Source: the human T2T-CHM13v2.0 reference genome, Homo sapiens. Taken from it: 64,000 nt of DNA. Under the pieces are notes generated by a model. It saw nothing but the letters and a program-made list of their open reading frames with translations. It made no database searches and was not told the DNA's origin. Both the position numbers and the translations under genes were made by a program. This document shows positions 12,326 through 26,300 of the stretch, piece by piece (the stretch's first letter is position 1; each line of letters opens with the position of its first letter). The stretch lies in assembly GCF_009914755.1 (NCBI RefSeq), contig NC_060934.1, one strand, 5' to 3'.

Positions 12326-12685
12326 TGTCTTAGTCTGTTTTCTGTTAACTGAATACCACAGATTGAGAATTTTTTAAAAATAGAGGTTTGTATAGCTAAT
12401 GATTCTGGAGGGTGGAAAGTCCAAGATCATTGTGCCAGCATCTGCTGAGGGCTTTCCTGCTGTATCATGAACTGGTGGGAGGCATCGAATGATGAAACAG
12501 AACAAGTGTGCTAACTCAGGTTTCTCTTCTTCTCCTTATAAAGCCGTTAATCCAATCATGGGAGCCCAACCCTGGTATCCTCATCTAATCCTAATTGCCT
12601 CCCAAAGGCCCACCTCCAATCATCACATTGACTTAGGGATTAAATTTCCAACACATGAAATTTGAAGGACATTTAAACCATAGTG
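12326..12685 (-). mobile_element. MaLR solo LTR (MSTC/MSTD/MLT1A-like)
   Basis: tgtcttagtctg...ttctggagggtggaaagtccaagatc...aaaccatagtg; exact 5-bp TSD CTAGC at 12321-12325 and 12686-12690. Confidence 0.88.
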
Positions 12686-12719
12686 CTAGCCTCTGCGAGT
12701 ACAGTTTTTGGAACACGAA

Positions 12720-12816
12720 AACACATATACATACACACACACACATAGGCACATAGAAAGAGAAGAGAAGAGAGAGAGAAAGAGAGAGAGAGAAGGAAGG
12801 AGAGAGAGAGAGAGAG
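12720..12816. repeat. Compound (CA)n / (GA)n microsatellite
   Basis: Directly visible CA run followed by a purine-only GA-rich run. Confidence 0.9.
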
Positions 12817-14085
12817 GTGTCCTGTGCTTCTTTAGAGGGCCATACTTAGGCCCTGCTTTGGCCATGTCTGTCCTTAGGGATAAACCTGGAGCTTGTGCTG
12901 TCTTCCTTGCCTAATCCAGATATCCAGAACCAAAAATGCCCCTGCAAAACTGACCTTAAGTCCGTCTTCAGTGTCTGCTTGAGCCTCTTCCCAGGCCTGA
13001 AGGTTGGCCAAGAGTTGGCTATTTCCTTTAAGTGTGGATGGAGATTGAGCAGAGGCTGGAGTGTCCACCATGTGTAGAAGGTCACTGCACAGAACAAAGG
13101 TTAAAGTGAGAAGAGAAAAGCAGGATTCTCTGCAGGCTAGCTGTGGAGGCCTGATCAGCCCAACGTGTCCCTGTTTCAAAAAAATGCTATGTCTGAGAAT
13201 TATAAAGGTGAGCCTGGATATTAACATGGTTAATATTAACATGGTAAAGGTATAAGTGTGAAAATAATAGATTAGAATATATTTTTTAATTAGTTTACCT
13301 GCTTGGCATATAATGTTTAAATACATACAACTGTTATATGTACACCTCCATTTGTACCCTTGCCCCAGGACCACAATATTGCAGGTAAATTTATCCGTTG
13401 CTCTTCTCCAAGATCATCCCTTAACACCCAATTTGAAGACAAAGTCACCTGATTTAATCTCCTCAGAAGTAAAGTTGTCTGCTTCTCCCTCTACTACTTT
13501 CCACGCTCCCTGTATAGTACATACTCTATGTAACAAGTCCTATTAATGCAACCCTTGTTTGCAAATCAAGTTTACTTCTCAAATTACTTTTTGTGGTATG
13601 AGTTTTTAAAGCCTCATTTAGAAGTAAAGACTAGACATAAATGAGGAACTAAGTGGTTCTTTTTATAATGTCAATCTTTTGGAAAACTAAAACATAGTTT
13701 TTCCAGATTGAGAACATGTTGGTAACATTACTAGGAAAAGGTAGGAATATTAAAAAATTAAGTCAGTCGTCATTTTCTTTACTACCTTATCTTCCTCACC
13801 ACTCCAAAAAACATAAATATTATATGGCAGAAAACCAAATAAATGATTTAGAATAAGAGATGTGTTCGCAAAAATTTGCTATGAATTATAATACAACGTA
13901 TGTTATTTCACTATATAGGAAAAATGCCTTTTTAGAAAAATGGCTCTGAAGTTTTGAAAAAGTTTTTTCTAAACATGAAAGTACGATGACATTATTGACA
14001 AAATGACCATGACTTATTTTTAAAACACCAATAGCAAAGGAAGAAGGTCAAGGGTATAGTCGTATCTTCTAAAATTCAGAAATAA

Positions 14086-14452
<367 letters not shown>

Positions 14453-15141
14453 TGTTCTGTCACTGATTTTAATGAGAGTCTGTGAATATTGTGACAAACT
14501 TCCCCAGTGGAAGTAAGCAGAGAAAATATCTGCAAATTCAAATTGGTTGCATTGGAGTTTAAATAAATGTAGATTTGGGGGAGTCAATTTTGTCAAAGCA
14601 CAAAATTTGAAAGGAGACCACACTTCCAAGATCCAATACAAAAGGGAGGTGCAGGCAAAAGAGATTCAGGCAAGCTAAGGTCTATAGTGGCCTAAGCAAC
14701 GTTAACATATATAATAGAAAAGGACACCTTGAGAGTTAATTTAAATATGATCATAAAGGAGGGAATAGTCTTTATTCCATGTCATTAGAGAGAAAGAAAG
14801 AGGGCCAAGGGGTTCAGTCTCCAGGAAAGAAAATCTGAGCTTAATGAAAAACCAGTGTTTTTTCTCTCTGCTAAGACAGCAAGTCAGCTAAGGGATTTTG
14901 AACATCAATGTCTGGATGACCACCTGACAAGACTATCACATGGGTGGCTTTCCACTGGTGGGGAGTTAAACAACACAACGTTCATAGGTCATTTTCAATT
15001 AAAATATGCCGTGCAACTAACATTTATTTATTGATATATTTGAAATCACACACACACATACAAACACACACACACAGACACGAAATTTTAATGGCATTCA
15101 AAGTTATATTTTTTCAATGTTATTTATCACATAAAAGGTCT

Positions 15142-15675
15142 TATATCAGTTATCTATTCTGACAATAATGCTTGCAACAGAAAAATATCTTTAAAAATTC
15201 AGTGGCCTGCAACAACAAATATTGAATTAGCTCATGTGTTTGTGAAATTCCTCTGACCTGGGCTGGATTCAAACAGTCTCAGTGGGACTCACTCACATAT
15301 CTGGCAATCACCTGGCTGACAACTAACCTAGGATGCCCTGAGCTCGTGTGGTTAGAGTAGCTTCGCTCTACTTCACTCTAGCAAGCTCTAAGAGATCCTG
15401 GAAGGGAACCCAGGCCTGTTTTCTAAGACTCTAGAAGGCTTGCCCACATATGTGCTTATGGCCAAGATAGAGGATCAGGAGCACAGGTTGAAATATGCAA
15501 ATAATTTTGTAATCTTTTTCTGTGTGTCATACATTAGTACATCTTAGTGCCCAAATCAAGACATGTGGCTAGCATAAATTTCATAGTGGGAAGCCACAAG
15601 AATCTTATATCACAATGGATGTGCATAAAAAGAAGCTGAAGAATTGGGTTTATTAGATGCAATCTATGTACCACA
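15142..15675 (-). mobile_element. MLT1 (MaLR) LTR, MLT1G/H-like
   Basis: tatatcagttatctatt...aattcagtggcctgcaacaacaaa...gcccaaatcaagacatgtggc...gcaatctatgtaccaca matches the antisense MLT1 layout. Confidence 0.72.
15365..15462 (+). repeat. 98-bp local duplication, copy 1 (within MLT1 LTR)
   Basis: 92/98 identical to 18073-18170 by manual alignment. Confidence 0.95.
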
Positions 15676-15989
15676 CATCTAAAATTTCCAAAGAATGACA
15701 AATAAGTACCATGAAGCACATTAACAAAATGTGTTCATACTTTTTCTGATGTATTTAGTTCCTTTTTGTAAAGAAAATATTAATTGTAAAGAAAGCCATA
15801 TGGATTAATAAGGATTAATAATAATTTCTATATTCAGATATTAAGTAAATGTTTACACAAATATTTATATTCAAACATGCATTGGTGCATGCGTAAGTAT
15901 ATGTAGGAAATAACTCCTATTAGAATAGCCAAAGGTAAAAAGAAAAAGAAAAATCAATACCAAGTGCGAATGGAGCTAGAATTTATGTA

Positions 15990-17745
15990 GAAACCCCATC
16001 CCTCAAGGAGATGGCACTTAACTCTCCACCTTTTGAGGGTAGATTATGTTTATTAAAGAATAGGTTATAGAAAGAATGATTGTCATATGCAGAAGAATGA
16101 AACTGGACCCCTATCTCTTACCATATACAAAAATCAACTCAAGATTTATCAAATACTTAAAGGTAAGACCTGAAAATATAAAAATACTGGAAGGAAACCT
16201 AGGGGAAACTCTTCTGGATATTGGTCTAAGCAAATAATTCATGACTAAGTCCCCAAAAGCACAAGCAAAAAAACAAGAATAGATAAGTCATACTTAATTA
16301 AACTAAAAACCTTCTGCACAGCAAAAGAAATAACCAACAGAGTGAACAGACAACCACAGAATAGGAGGAAATATTTGCAAACTATACATCCAACAGAGTA
16401 CTGATATCCAGAATTTACAAGGAACTCAAACAACAACAAAAACAACCCCATTATAAAGTAGGCAATGGACATGAATAAACATTTTTCAAAGATGACACAC
16501 AAATGGCCAACTACAATATGAAAAAAAAGTCCAACACCACTAATTATAGAAATGCAAATTGAATTCATAATGAAATATCATCTTATACCATCAGAGTGGC
16601 TGTTATTAAAAAGTCAAATAATAACAAATGTTGGAAATAATGTAGAGAAAGGGTAATGCTTATACATTCTTGGCGGGGATGAAAATTAGTACAGCCTCTA
16701 TGGAAAACCGTATGGATATTTCTCAAAGAACTAAAAGTAGAACTACCATTTGACCCAGCAACCCTGCTGCTGAGTACCCAAAGGAAAAGAAATCATCATA
16801 TATACAAGATACCTGCCCTCATATGTTTATAGCAACACTATTCATAATAGCAAAGAAATGAAATCAACCTAAGTGTCCAACAACAGATAATTGGATAAAG
16901 AAAATGTGATACACACACACATGCACACACACACATACACACACACGTATACTGGAATACTATTCAGCCATAAAGAAGAATGAAATTATGTCTTCACAGC
17001 AATGTGGATGGACCTGGAGGCCTTTATCTCAAGTGAAACAACTCAGAAACAAAATCAAATACCATATTCTGACATATAAGTGGAGGCTAAATAATAGACA
17101 TACATGGACATCTATTGTGGAATAATAGACATTGGAGACTGAGAAGGGCGGGAGGCAAGTGATGGATAAAAAATTAATTATTCAGGTGATGCATTACACT
17201 AAAAGCCCGACCTCACCACTATGCAATATATTCATGTAGCAAAAATACACTTGTACCCCTTAAATTTATACAAAGAAAAAAAAAGAATGAAAAAAACAAA
17301 CCAAACCAAACCAAATCAAACAAACAAAACTTGTAGTGAAGAACCTGGCAACCACTACCCTGGCCCAGTGATCATGCCTAACATCACCAGTGATAAGTCA
17401 TGTTGGTAGCATGTATTCTTGATGTGATGTGATGACACTTCACTGCTGTGGTCTTCCTCCCCCAAATCTATGTTTCCTGTCTTATGATGAAAAAACAAAG
17501 TTAGACAAATTTAAATTAAATAACATTCTAAGAATTATCTACCAGTAATCTTCAAAACTGCCAAAGTCATCAAAAACAAAGAAAATCTGAGAAACTGTCA
17601 CAGTTAAGAGGAGCCTAAGGAGACATTACTAAATATACTGAGGTATCCCAGATAGGATTCTGGAAGAGGAAAAAAAGTCACTATGAGAGAAAAAACAATA
17701 AAATCTGAATTAAGAAGAATGGAGTTTGGATAATAGTAATATACC
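15990..17745 (+). mobile_element. L1MC3/L1MD-type 3' region, split by the younger L1PB insertion
   Basis: ccctcaaggagatggcacttaactctcc (about 16000) continues after the insert as aacctggcaaccactacc...aacatcaccagtgataagtcatgttg...ctgagaaactgtcacag. Confidence 0.75.
16080..17281 (+). mobile_element. 5'-truncated L1PB (L1PB3/4-like): ORF2 C-terminal relic plus 3' UTR
   Basis: atatgcagaagaatgaaactggacccctatctc...; 3' UTR cactaaaagcccgacctcaccactatgcaatatattcatgtagc; A tail; TSD aaagaatga at 16071-16079 and 17282-17290. Confidence 0.88.
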
Positions 17746-18072
17746 ATTTATAAATTGGATATAATCTACATGGCATGTATGAATCAGTGTTATGAAGAGA
17801 ATGAAAGAGAATGATAGCATCTATATTCTCCACAACTGATATTAATTTATATGCATTTTCATAAGCATGAGTAGAGTACTAAGGCAGATAAATTAACATG
17901 AAATGACCAAAAAAAAAAAAAAAAAAAAAAACCCTTGAAGGCGCCTGCAATTATTCAGTGTAATCATGTTTAGGGGGCAAGTTTTTGGCAGAAAATTGAC
18001 ATATTGAGTGTGGAACACACGATCTTTAAATGAGACTTTGAATATGTTTTATAAATAAAAACAAAAAGTTTG

Positions 18073-18170
18073 GCTCTGCTTCACTCTAGCAAGCTCTAAC
18101 AGATCCTGGAAGACAACCCAGGCCTGTTTTCTAAGACTCTAGAAGGCTTGCCCAGATACGTGCTTATGGC
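18073..18170 (+). repeat. 98-bp local duplication, copy 2
   Basis: 92/98 identical to 15365-15462; fused directly to a partial MST LTR. Confidence 0.95.
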
Positions 18171-18352
18171 ACCGCCATGGTAAGACGTGCTTTCTTCCCC
18201 TTTACCTTCTGCCATGATTGTAAGTTTCCTGAGGCCTTCTAGCCATGCTTCCTGTACGGCCTGTGGAACTGTGAGTCAATTAAACCTCTTTTCTTCACAA
18301 ACTACTCAGTCTCGGGTAGTTCTTCATAGCAATATGAGAATGAACTAATACA
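18171..18352 (+). mobile_element. 3' half of an MSTA/MSTB (MaLR) LTR
   Basis: gccatgattgtaagtttcctgaggcc...agccatgcttcctgtac...gagtcaattaaacctctttt...gaactaataca; the 5' half is missing. Confidence 0.88.
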
Positions 18353-18866
18353 TGTATTATAAAGGATTTTACTAAATTTTATAACTAATACAATTACAAC
18401 GTCCTTCAAAGTCCTCAATCACCAGTTATAGTCTATAGTCTACTGACAGTGCTAGTCTATGTCAGCAGGGAGTGAGGTGGGGGAGGTGAGGTAAAGGTAT
18501 TATCAAACAAAGGATTGAGCTTGCTGTGTAACTTAAACTGTTTGCTTTAAGCGGTCCTGTTTCATTCTTGTGATCTCCTTTATTTGATGGCACCCAAGAT
18601 CTCTCATACACAATAATAAATTCAGTGTTTACTAGAAAACTTAGCACCCCAATCCAAACTTCAGAAATGATATTGCATACATTATTCAATTTTTATGTCT
18701 ATAGCTTTCACCTAAATGGGCAGTTATTGTAGCAAGATCTGGAAGATGATTTAACTGTTATAGTCCATCTTACCTGATTGTACAAAAAAAAAAAAAAAAA
18801 CAAAACAAAAAGAGAAACCATTATAGAAATACAAGGTCTTCAGAGTTTTTGTACTCTATCAGATAG

Positions 18867-19194
<328 letters not shown>

Positions 19195-19392
19195 TGTAGT
19201 GGTATTTTAATATTTGACTTCTCTTTCATAATTCACATGAAAAGTAAGTCCCTGCAAAATAATTTATTTTGTGCCCCTAAGACAACTTTGGCCAAATAAT
19301 AGGTAAAAATAGGTATAAAAGGTAACTAATCACCTTTCACAGTATAAACATATGATATTACCATGGAACTTAAGAATTAAAGTTTTGTGTAA

Positions 19393-19689
<297 letters not shown>

Positions 19690-21036
19690 TTGTGTAAACT
19701 TTTGAATCTGAATATAGCATTCTGCCCTACGACAAGGGATTCCTTTGTAATGATTTCATTTTACTGAAACTATTCGCGTACCATTTTAAAGTAACCTTGT
19801 TAGACAGTTTATATAACCTTGTTATATAACATTGTTATCATTGCCCTATGAACAGCACAAAACATAAAACAGCTTGTTTGCACATGAAAAATTTGATTTG
19901 AGTTGTATTTAAAAGAATTTATCATTTTCACTTTTGAATAAATAATTTTTCTGATTTAAGAGAATTTGGGGATGCTTTATTAAGACTAATAGTGTACAGC
20001 CTGACTTTGTGTTGATGCAAATAATAAAAATAAAAAGAGCAAATATAACACATTTTTATTTAAATGTGAAAAAACCCCAGCTTTCTGTTTATATTTAGAG
20101 GTTTAGATAAGGGTGACTAATTTTTAGAAAAGACATTATGTCAACATAATACTTAGATACAGGAGTCAAATTAATGAGCAGATACTAAAGCCATTGACAA
20201 GTGCATTGTTTATAATAACTTTGTAAAAGTTAAAATTTTGCTTTTCTTACCAAGTATTTTAAAACTTAAACATTCTCAGAAAAGGAAAATGACAAGTCAA
20301 ATTTTTGGCAAATTGTAGATAGCCTAGAAAACTAACTTAGATATTTTCAAATAGTGTACAACTTTTACTGAATTTTAGAATATCAAAGAATAATGTCAAG
20401 AATGATGCATGTAGACAGACTTAATATAGAAGCACAAAATTAAAAACCAAGCAAACAACAAATGTATAAGTCATGCTACAAGGTGCTAAGAGCAATTAAG
20501 ATAAAAAATCTGACATAATGCCAACTAACTTCAAGGCAGTTCTTACTTGGTTTCGGAGAAGAAAGACTAACATGTTGAAAAGATAAATCTCAGTCAAAAA
20601 TTAATGTAATGTATATGACATGGGAGTATATTATTTCAATTTGGGCCAGAATCATTTTAAATACTACTAACAAATAGTAAGACCAGGCAGATTCATGCTA
20701 AATTAAAAAGAAAATACAACTTAAAAGGTCACTAGCTCTTTTGTCAGTTTATCCAAATGAGAACCTTACCATGAACCTTTCATGTGATACATAAACTTAA
20801 GGTAGGCATGACTCTAAGTATAAAGGTAATTAATAAAAATAAGTAAACAATTGGAATTGAATGTTATCACAGAATCTGTCTTTTCCCAAATAACTTATCC
20901 AAATACATAATGATGAATGTTTGCATTTAGCTTGACGTCTTATAAGCCAAATGCAAGGTGATTTGGAGATCTATTTTTTTAATGTGTATCATCTCCCTCA
21001 TTCACACCCCACCCCTGCCAAATATATGCCATCCTG

Positions 21037-21580
21037 TGTATTAGTTTTCTATTGTTGCAGTAACACATACCCACAAACAATGGTTTAAAAAACAACACAG
21101 ATTTACATTTTATAATTCTGTAGGTCAGAAGTCCACCAAGCTAAGATCAAGGTGTCAACAGATTATATTCCTTTCTACAGGCTCTATAGGACTATTTCTT
21201 GTTTATTCAGATCACTGGCAGAATTCAGTCCCTTGTGATTGTAGGGACAAGGTCCCTATTTTCTTGCTGGTCATAAACTGAGATGCATTTCTAGCTCCTA
21301 GAGGCCACCGCATTTCTTGGCTCATGGGCCCTTTCCTTCATCTTCAAAAGAAGCAATGGATAATCAAGTCTTTCTCATGTTCCATCTCTCTGACAAGCCC
21401 TTCTGCCCACAGTTTCCACTTTTAAAAACTCATGTGATTATATTGGGAGGACATAGGTAATCCAAGATAATCTCCCCAATTTAAGGTCCATGCCTTCATT
21501 TTAATTTCTAACCCTAAAATTCATTTTTGCCACATAATATAACATAGACACAAGCTCTCAAGATTAGAAATAAATGCCAT
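21037..21580 (-). mobile_element. MLT1 LTR (MLT1D/E-like)
   Basis: tgtattagttttctattg...ttctgtaggtcagaagtcc...ggcagaattcagtcccttgtgattgtag...ggtaatccaagataatctcccc. Confidence 0.82.
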
Positions 21581-23744
21581 TTCTTGTATTTTCAGGGTTG
21601 TCTCTTCAACCATAGATCTGATTTTCATCACTGTGGTTTGTGAAGATTTCTCACTTGTGTTTATCTTGTCTATACCTCTCTACATTCTACTACATTCTAA
21701 GTAAGGCTCTCCTTCTGCACAGTGAATAATTTATTAAGTCAATGGGTGGGAATTCATATTCCCTCCTCTAGTAAACACATTAATTGTCTAACAAAAGGAA
21801 ACCTATCAATCCCAAGTTATAACTTAAAAATGTGTGCACTGTTGAAACCTTCGTAAAATCATGCAACCAAGATTGCAAGCCACAGGGTTTTTGAGTAGCC
21901 ATTAATTCATACAACATACTCAGCTGCCTGTGAATACTGGACTAATCAAGCTCTTTAGTATTCCTGGGTCTTGAATTTCTAAGACAAGATTTTCTGTACT
22001 TTATTGTGAGAATAAAAGTATATACTGAGATTGTATTATCTTGGAGTGGAGACACGTTTTTGGTTCTCCCCAGTGAGGAGTAATTTGATCTCATGATACT
22101 ATATGCTTCTATCTTTCTTCTATTTTTTGTTCTTTGTTTATATTTTAGAGGAGGTTTGTATTTTAGGCTTCTTTTTGTTGTTGTTATGAAACTTGCATCC
22201 AGTAATATTAGAACTTAAATATTAGGTTAAAACAAAGTTCTCAATTTTTTGGAAAGCAAGAGTAGTATATATAATTTCTTTAGTAAAAGGACAAAGGAAA
22301 AAGTTAAGGAAAATAATTTAGTCTGATTTACTTATAAAGTATGGAGACTTAATAACTGACTTTTACCACACTACTTATCCACAATATCTACAAACACTCC
22401 CTATGCTTCAGAAATGCAAAAAAAAAAAAAATTACTTTGAAGTGCTATTTTCTACTTTCTTTTCCACTCTCTCTTCAATTTCATTCCTCTGAAATAAGCT
22501 GGTGTTTTGGATATTTTCTATTTTGAAATAGTAATGCATTTTTGAAAATCAAATAGTAGTAATAAAATCCCCACTAGCATTGCTAGTCAACCTGAGAACT
22601 CAAAATTAAATTCTTCTGCACATTGCCGCTATAAAATTTACCGTCAGAACTTTAGAAATGTGCTTATGATGCACAAAAGAAAAATGAAATCTATTTTGGA
22701 GGGGGAAATAAATGAGCTCTCTGCAATGGGCAGACTCAGTCCCCAAGCAATAGCCTTGAGTCGATAAAGGACTGAATATTTGGAATCAGGACATATATAA
22801 TATCAAGAGGAAGGGCCATGTTATCAGTATAAATTTTGCCAGCTCCAATATAGTATATACTCTTTTGTTAATCTCACATTAATCAGTCTATTGACAATTG
22901 TTATTCAGGAACAAATAAATAAAAGTATATAATAGTTGGATTACCAGCACAATGTAGGCTTAGACATGTTCCACAGAGGATAAGTCAATTATTAATATTT
23001 CACTTCTTTGTTTTTCACGCTGATTTCAAGGAAGGATACAAGATATACAATATATTATACATCTTAATTCAATAATCACCTTTGAAAATACACATACAAA
23101 ATGAAATCCAACTTATAAATATTTAGAAATAATAAATGTTTGTGAAATTCAGTTTTCCATGTTGCTTTTGGTTAAGAAAGTAAAATATAGTAGAAATTGA
23201 TGGAAAAGTGTACATAAGGGAAAAATAAAAGTGTATTAGAGAGAAATAAAAAGGGATGAAAAACAGGGAACTAGAAATAAAATCAGTCTTTATATTATAG
23301 TTTGAATGTTTAGAATCTCCTTGTAATCTTCAATGGTCAGGACTAAAGACTAATACTTATTTACCAGAGGCATTTGCAAATATTTTGTGCCAGGAATGAG
23401 TCTCTAAAATACTTGCTTAGACATTTATGTGTTACACAGAGACCAAAAGAAAAAAAATAAAATATATGATTTTTTCCATTATTCATCCATTCACCCATGT
23501 GTCTGTGTGTCTATCCATCTATTACTTTCTAAAGTTCCATTAGAGTGTTTTCAGAGAGTGGATAAATGACTACCTGGCTTATTTTTTTTACAAAGCCTGT
23601 GTGCTTCTTTAAATTTGTTTTCTCGGCCATTTGGCACTCTTTGATAAATAGTAGTTACTGTGCTTAGAGGACAAGCAAGGTATAAAGCCAAGCCTGTAAG
23701 ACTCTAAATCTCATGCTCAAAATCATTATATTTCTCTTTAGAAA

Positions 23745-23935
23745 AAAAAAATCTGTGACTTTCAGCATGTTACTTAATCTGTCTATGCCTCAATTTCCTT
23801 TTTTTTTTTTTTTTTTTTTTGTAAAACAATTAGTTTTAGTATCTGCCTCATAAGGTCCTTGTGAAGATTAAATCGTATTATACCAGTAAAGTCCCTAGGT
23901 CAGAGTTTGGCCTGTATCAGGTGTTCAATAATTGT
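23745..23935 (+). mobile_element. MIR SINE with expanded poly(T)
   Basis: ctgtgactttcagcatgttacttaatctgtctatgcctcaatttcc...tgtaaaa...ttgtgaagattaaa. Confidence 0.7.
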
Positions 23936-24062
23936 TAACATTTATTTTTATTACCTTAATTCATATTCATAGCTAAGTCAATCATAGTCATTCCTCATAG
24001 TCACAGTCATAGTGGCCTCAATGAATAAAAACTCAAGTTCTTTCAGATTTTCAAACTGTTAC

Positions 24063-24565
24063 TGTGTTTTTATAACTCTCAGAGAAACAGAACCTATAGA
24101 ATATATGAGAGATTTATTGTGGGAATTGGCTCACACAATAATGGAGACTCAGAAGCCCAAGGGTATGGCTGTCTATTACCTGGGCAACCAGGAGACTGGT
24201 GGTGTAACTCCCAGTCCCAGGCTGAAGGCTTGAAAATTCTAGTGCCCCACCCCCACCCCCCCACAGCTGATATAAGTCACAGAGTCCGCTGGTCTGAGAA
24301 CCATGAGCTCTGATGTTGGAGCACAGAAGATGGATGTCCCACCTCAAGAAGAAAGAATGTGCCCTTCCTCTGCCTCTTTGTTCTATTTGGGCCCTCAGTG
24401 GGTTGGATGATAATGGCCTATATTGGTGAAGGTAGATTTTCTGTACTCGTTTTACTGATTCAAATGCTAATCTCTTCTGGAAACAGCCTCACAGATACAA
24501 TGTATTACCAACTATCTAAGCATCCCTTAGCCCAGGCAAGTTGATACATAAAATTAACCACCAAA
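24063..24565 (-). mobile_element. MLT2B (ERVL) LTR
   Basis: cagagaaacagaacc...gggaattggctcacac...actgattcaaatgctaatctcttctggaaacagcctcacagatac...aagttgatacataaaattaacc. Confidence 0.88.
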
Positions 24566-26186
24566 ATAACCAAGTTAAGGGTTCTGCTTCATAGCACTGA
24601 GGGTCTTGACAAATTCTGTTGGTACCTCTACTTATTAAACCCCACTGAATAAAGACCATCAGGGATACATTGGCAGCAAAGTTAGTTTTACTGGCTTACA
24701 AGATAGAAAGCAGCCTGGCAGAATTGTGAGCATCTCAAAAAGAAAGTGTTAAAAAATAACCTTAGAGGATTTGGGGGTTACAATTAGTCACACAGTTTTC
24801 TCAGGCTTTAGTCATCATTTGTAAGCTAAGTGATTTGCTGGAATAGTAAATGTTCTTATCTTTAGAACACATGACCTCATGCCAAATTACTGTTACATTG
24901 GTTTATCTGGTGTCTTGTCATTAATTTATGAGAATTTTTTAATGTTTTTGTTTAGTGTGCCTTGTATGTTTGGGTTTGGTAGTTTCTCTATTCTGTGTCT
25001 CACAGGAATGTTTTACAAATTGTGATTTATATTCCATTCAAAGTTCTTCCATCACAGCCTATTTGCCAATGGGGCCATTTTTCACATCACCAGCAATTAG
25101 TTTTGAAACTTACAGTAGTTCTGGTGAGAAATAATTGTGGCTTATAGCAAGATATCGTAAGTAGAAATCAAAATAAATTGCTAAATGTGAGGAGTTTCTA
25201 TGAGGCAGAACTATCATGTTTTGGTGATTGATGAAAAGCCAGGGCTAAGGGAAAAAGACATATCAAAAATGCCTGCTAGATGTCTAAATCACAAAACTTT
25301 CTAGCAAATATGCACCTACAAATATAGAGCAAGATACACATCCACCACAACAAGTACAATGCTACATCACATTCAATTGAAATATTAATATTAAGCAGAA
25401 TGGAACATCAGATGAAATTACAAAATATTACATAACCTATTGAGCCCCTTTAATAGCATTAAGATTACTGCAATGTTAAGCAAGAACATCACTGAAAAAA
25501 ACAATAATAATGAGTAGTTTCTCCATATAGTTGAGAAATTGCATTTATTTTACTAGAATCTTAGATTTTCAGAGTGACCTATTTTGCCTTTGATGAAATG
25601 ATCTGAACTCAAATGTTTTATTTAACTTTTAACAATTCCATTGAATTTGATCATTTTAGTGGAAGATATTTTAAGAATACACTAACTTTATTCACGTAAA
25701 AATTATTCCTCTTCATTGAGTAGCTGCTCTTTCATTCTTTATGCCTCACATTCACACACAAGAGAACACACTTAAACAATGCTTAGCATATGGTGTGTGT
25801 TTATAATATTCACATATTTACAGGGAAGTGGAAAATCAAAGGCTTCTTATAAGCACAAATAAAAACAATAAAAAGATAAAATGCAGCTTAAAATTAGAAC
25901 TCTATTAAAAGGTCCAGCTAAGGTCTAGAAAATACTTATACTGTGGCATTGGTGTATAAGCTAATTGGAGAGCCATGCTGGTTTCAAGTATGTGTGAAGT
26001 CTGCTCCGAAAGGGCAGCTTTGATCATGATTGTGTCTTTCTTATCTGATCAAGTAATTAAAGTTTTATAATGCAAGCTGGAAAAGTACAACAATGGCAGA
26101 CTCTTCCCAAATATGTTTTAAAAAAAATCTATCACGGTCTACTGATCACCTATCCCAGATTATCTGTTTGGAATATTACGCTTCAG

Positions 26187-26300
26187 GCCAGGTGCAGAGG
26201 CTCATGCCTGTAATACCAGCACTTTGGGAAGCCGAGGCAGCAGTATTTTTGAACCCATGAGTTCTAGACTAACCTGAGCAACATAGAGAGACCTCCTGTC
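26187..26300 (+). mobile_element. Alu left monomer / FLAM fragment
   Basis: ggccaggtgcagaggctcatgcctgtaataccagcactttgggaagccgagg...gcaacatagagagacc; no right arm. Confidence 0.85.

Noticed and set aside
12874-13374. 166-aa minus-strand ORF with several overlapping ORFs
   Set aside because: No recognisable domain, non-ATG start, and it overlaps what looks like a degenerate hAT-type repeat end; chance ORF.
24617-25090. Possible old LTR next to MLT2B (and another at about 56620-57190)
   Set aside because: LTR-like composition, but I could not match a family or TSD with enough confidence to list it.
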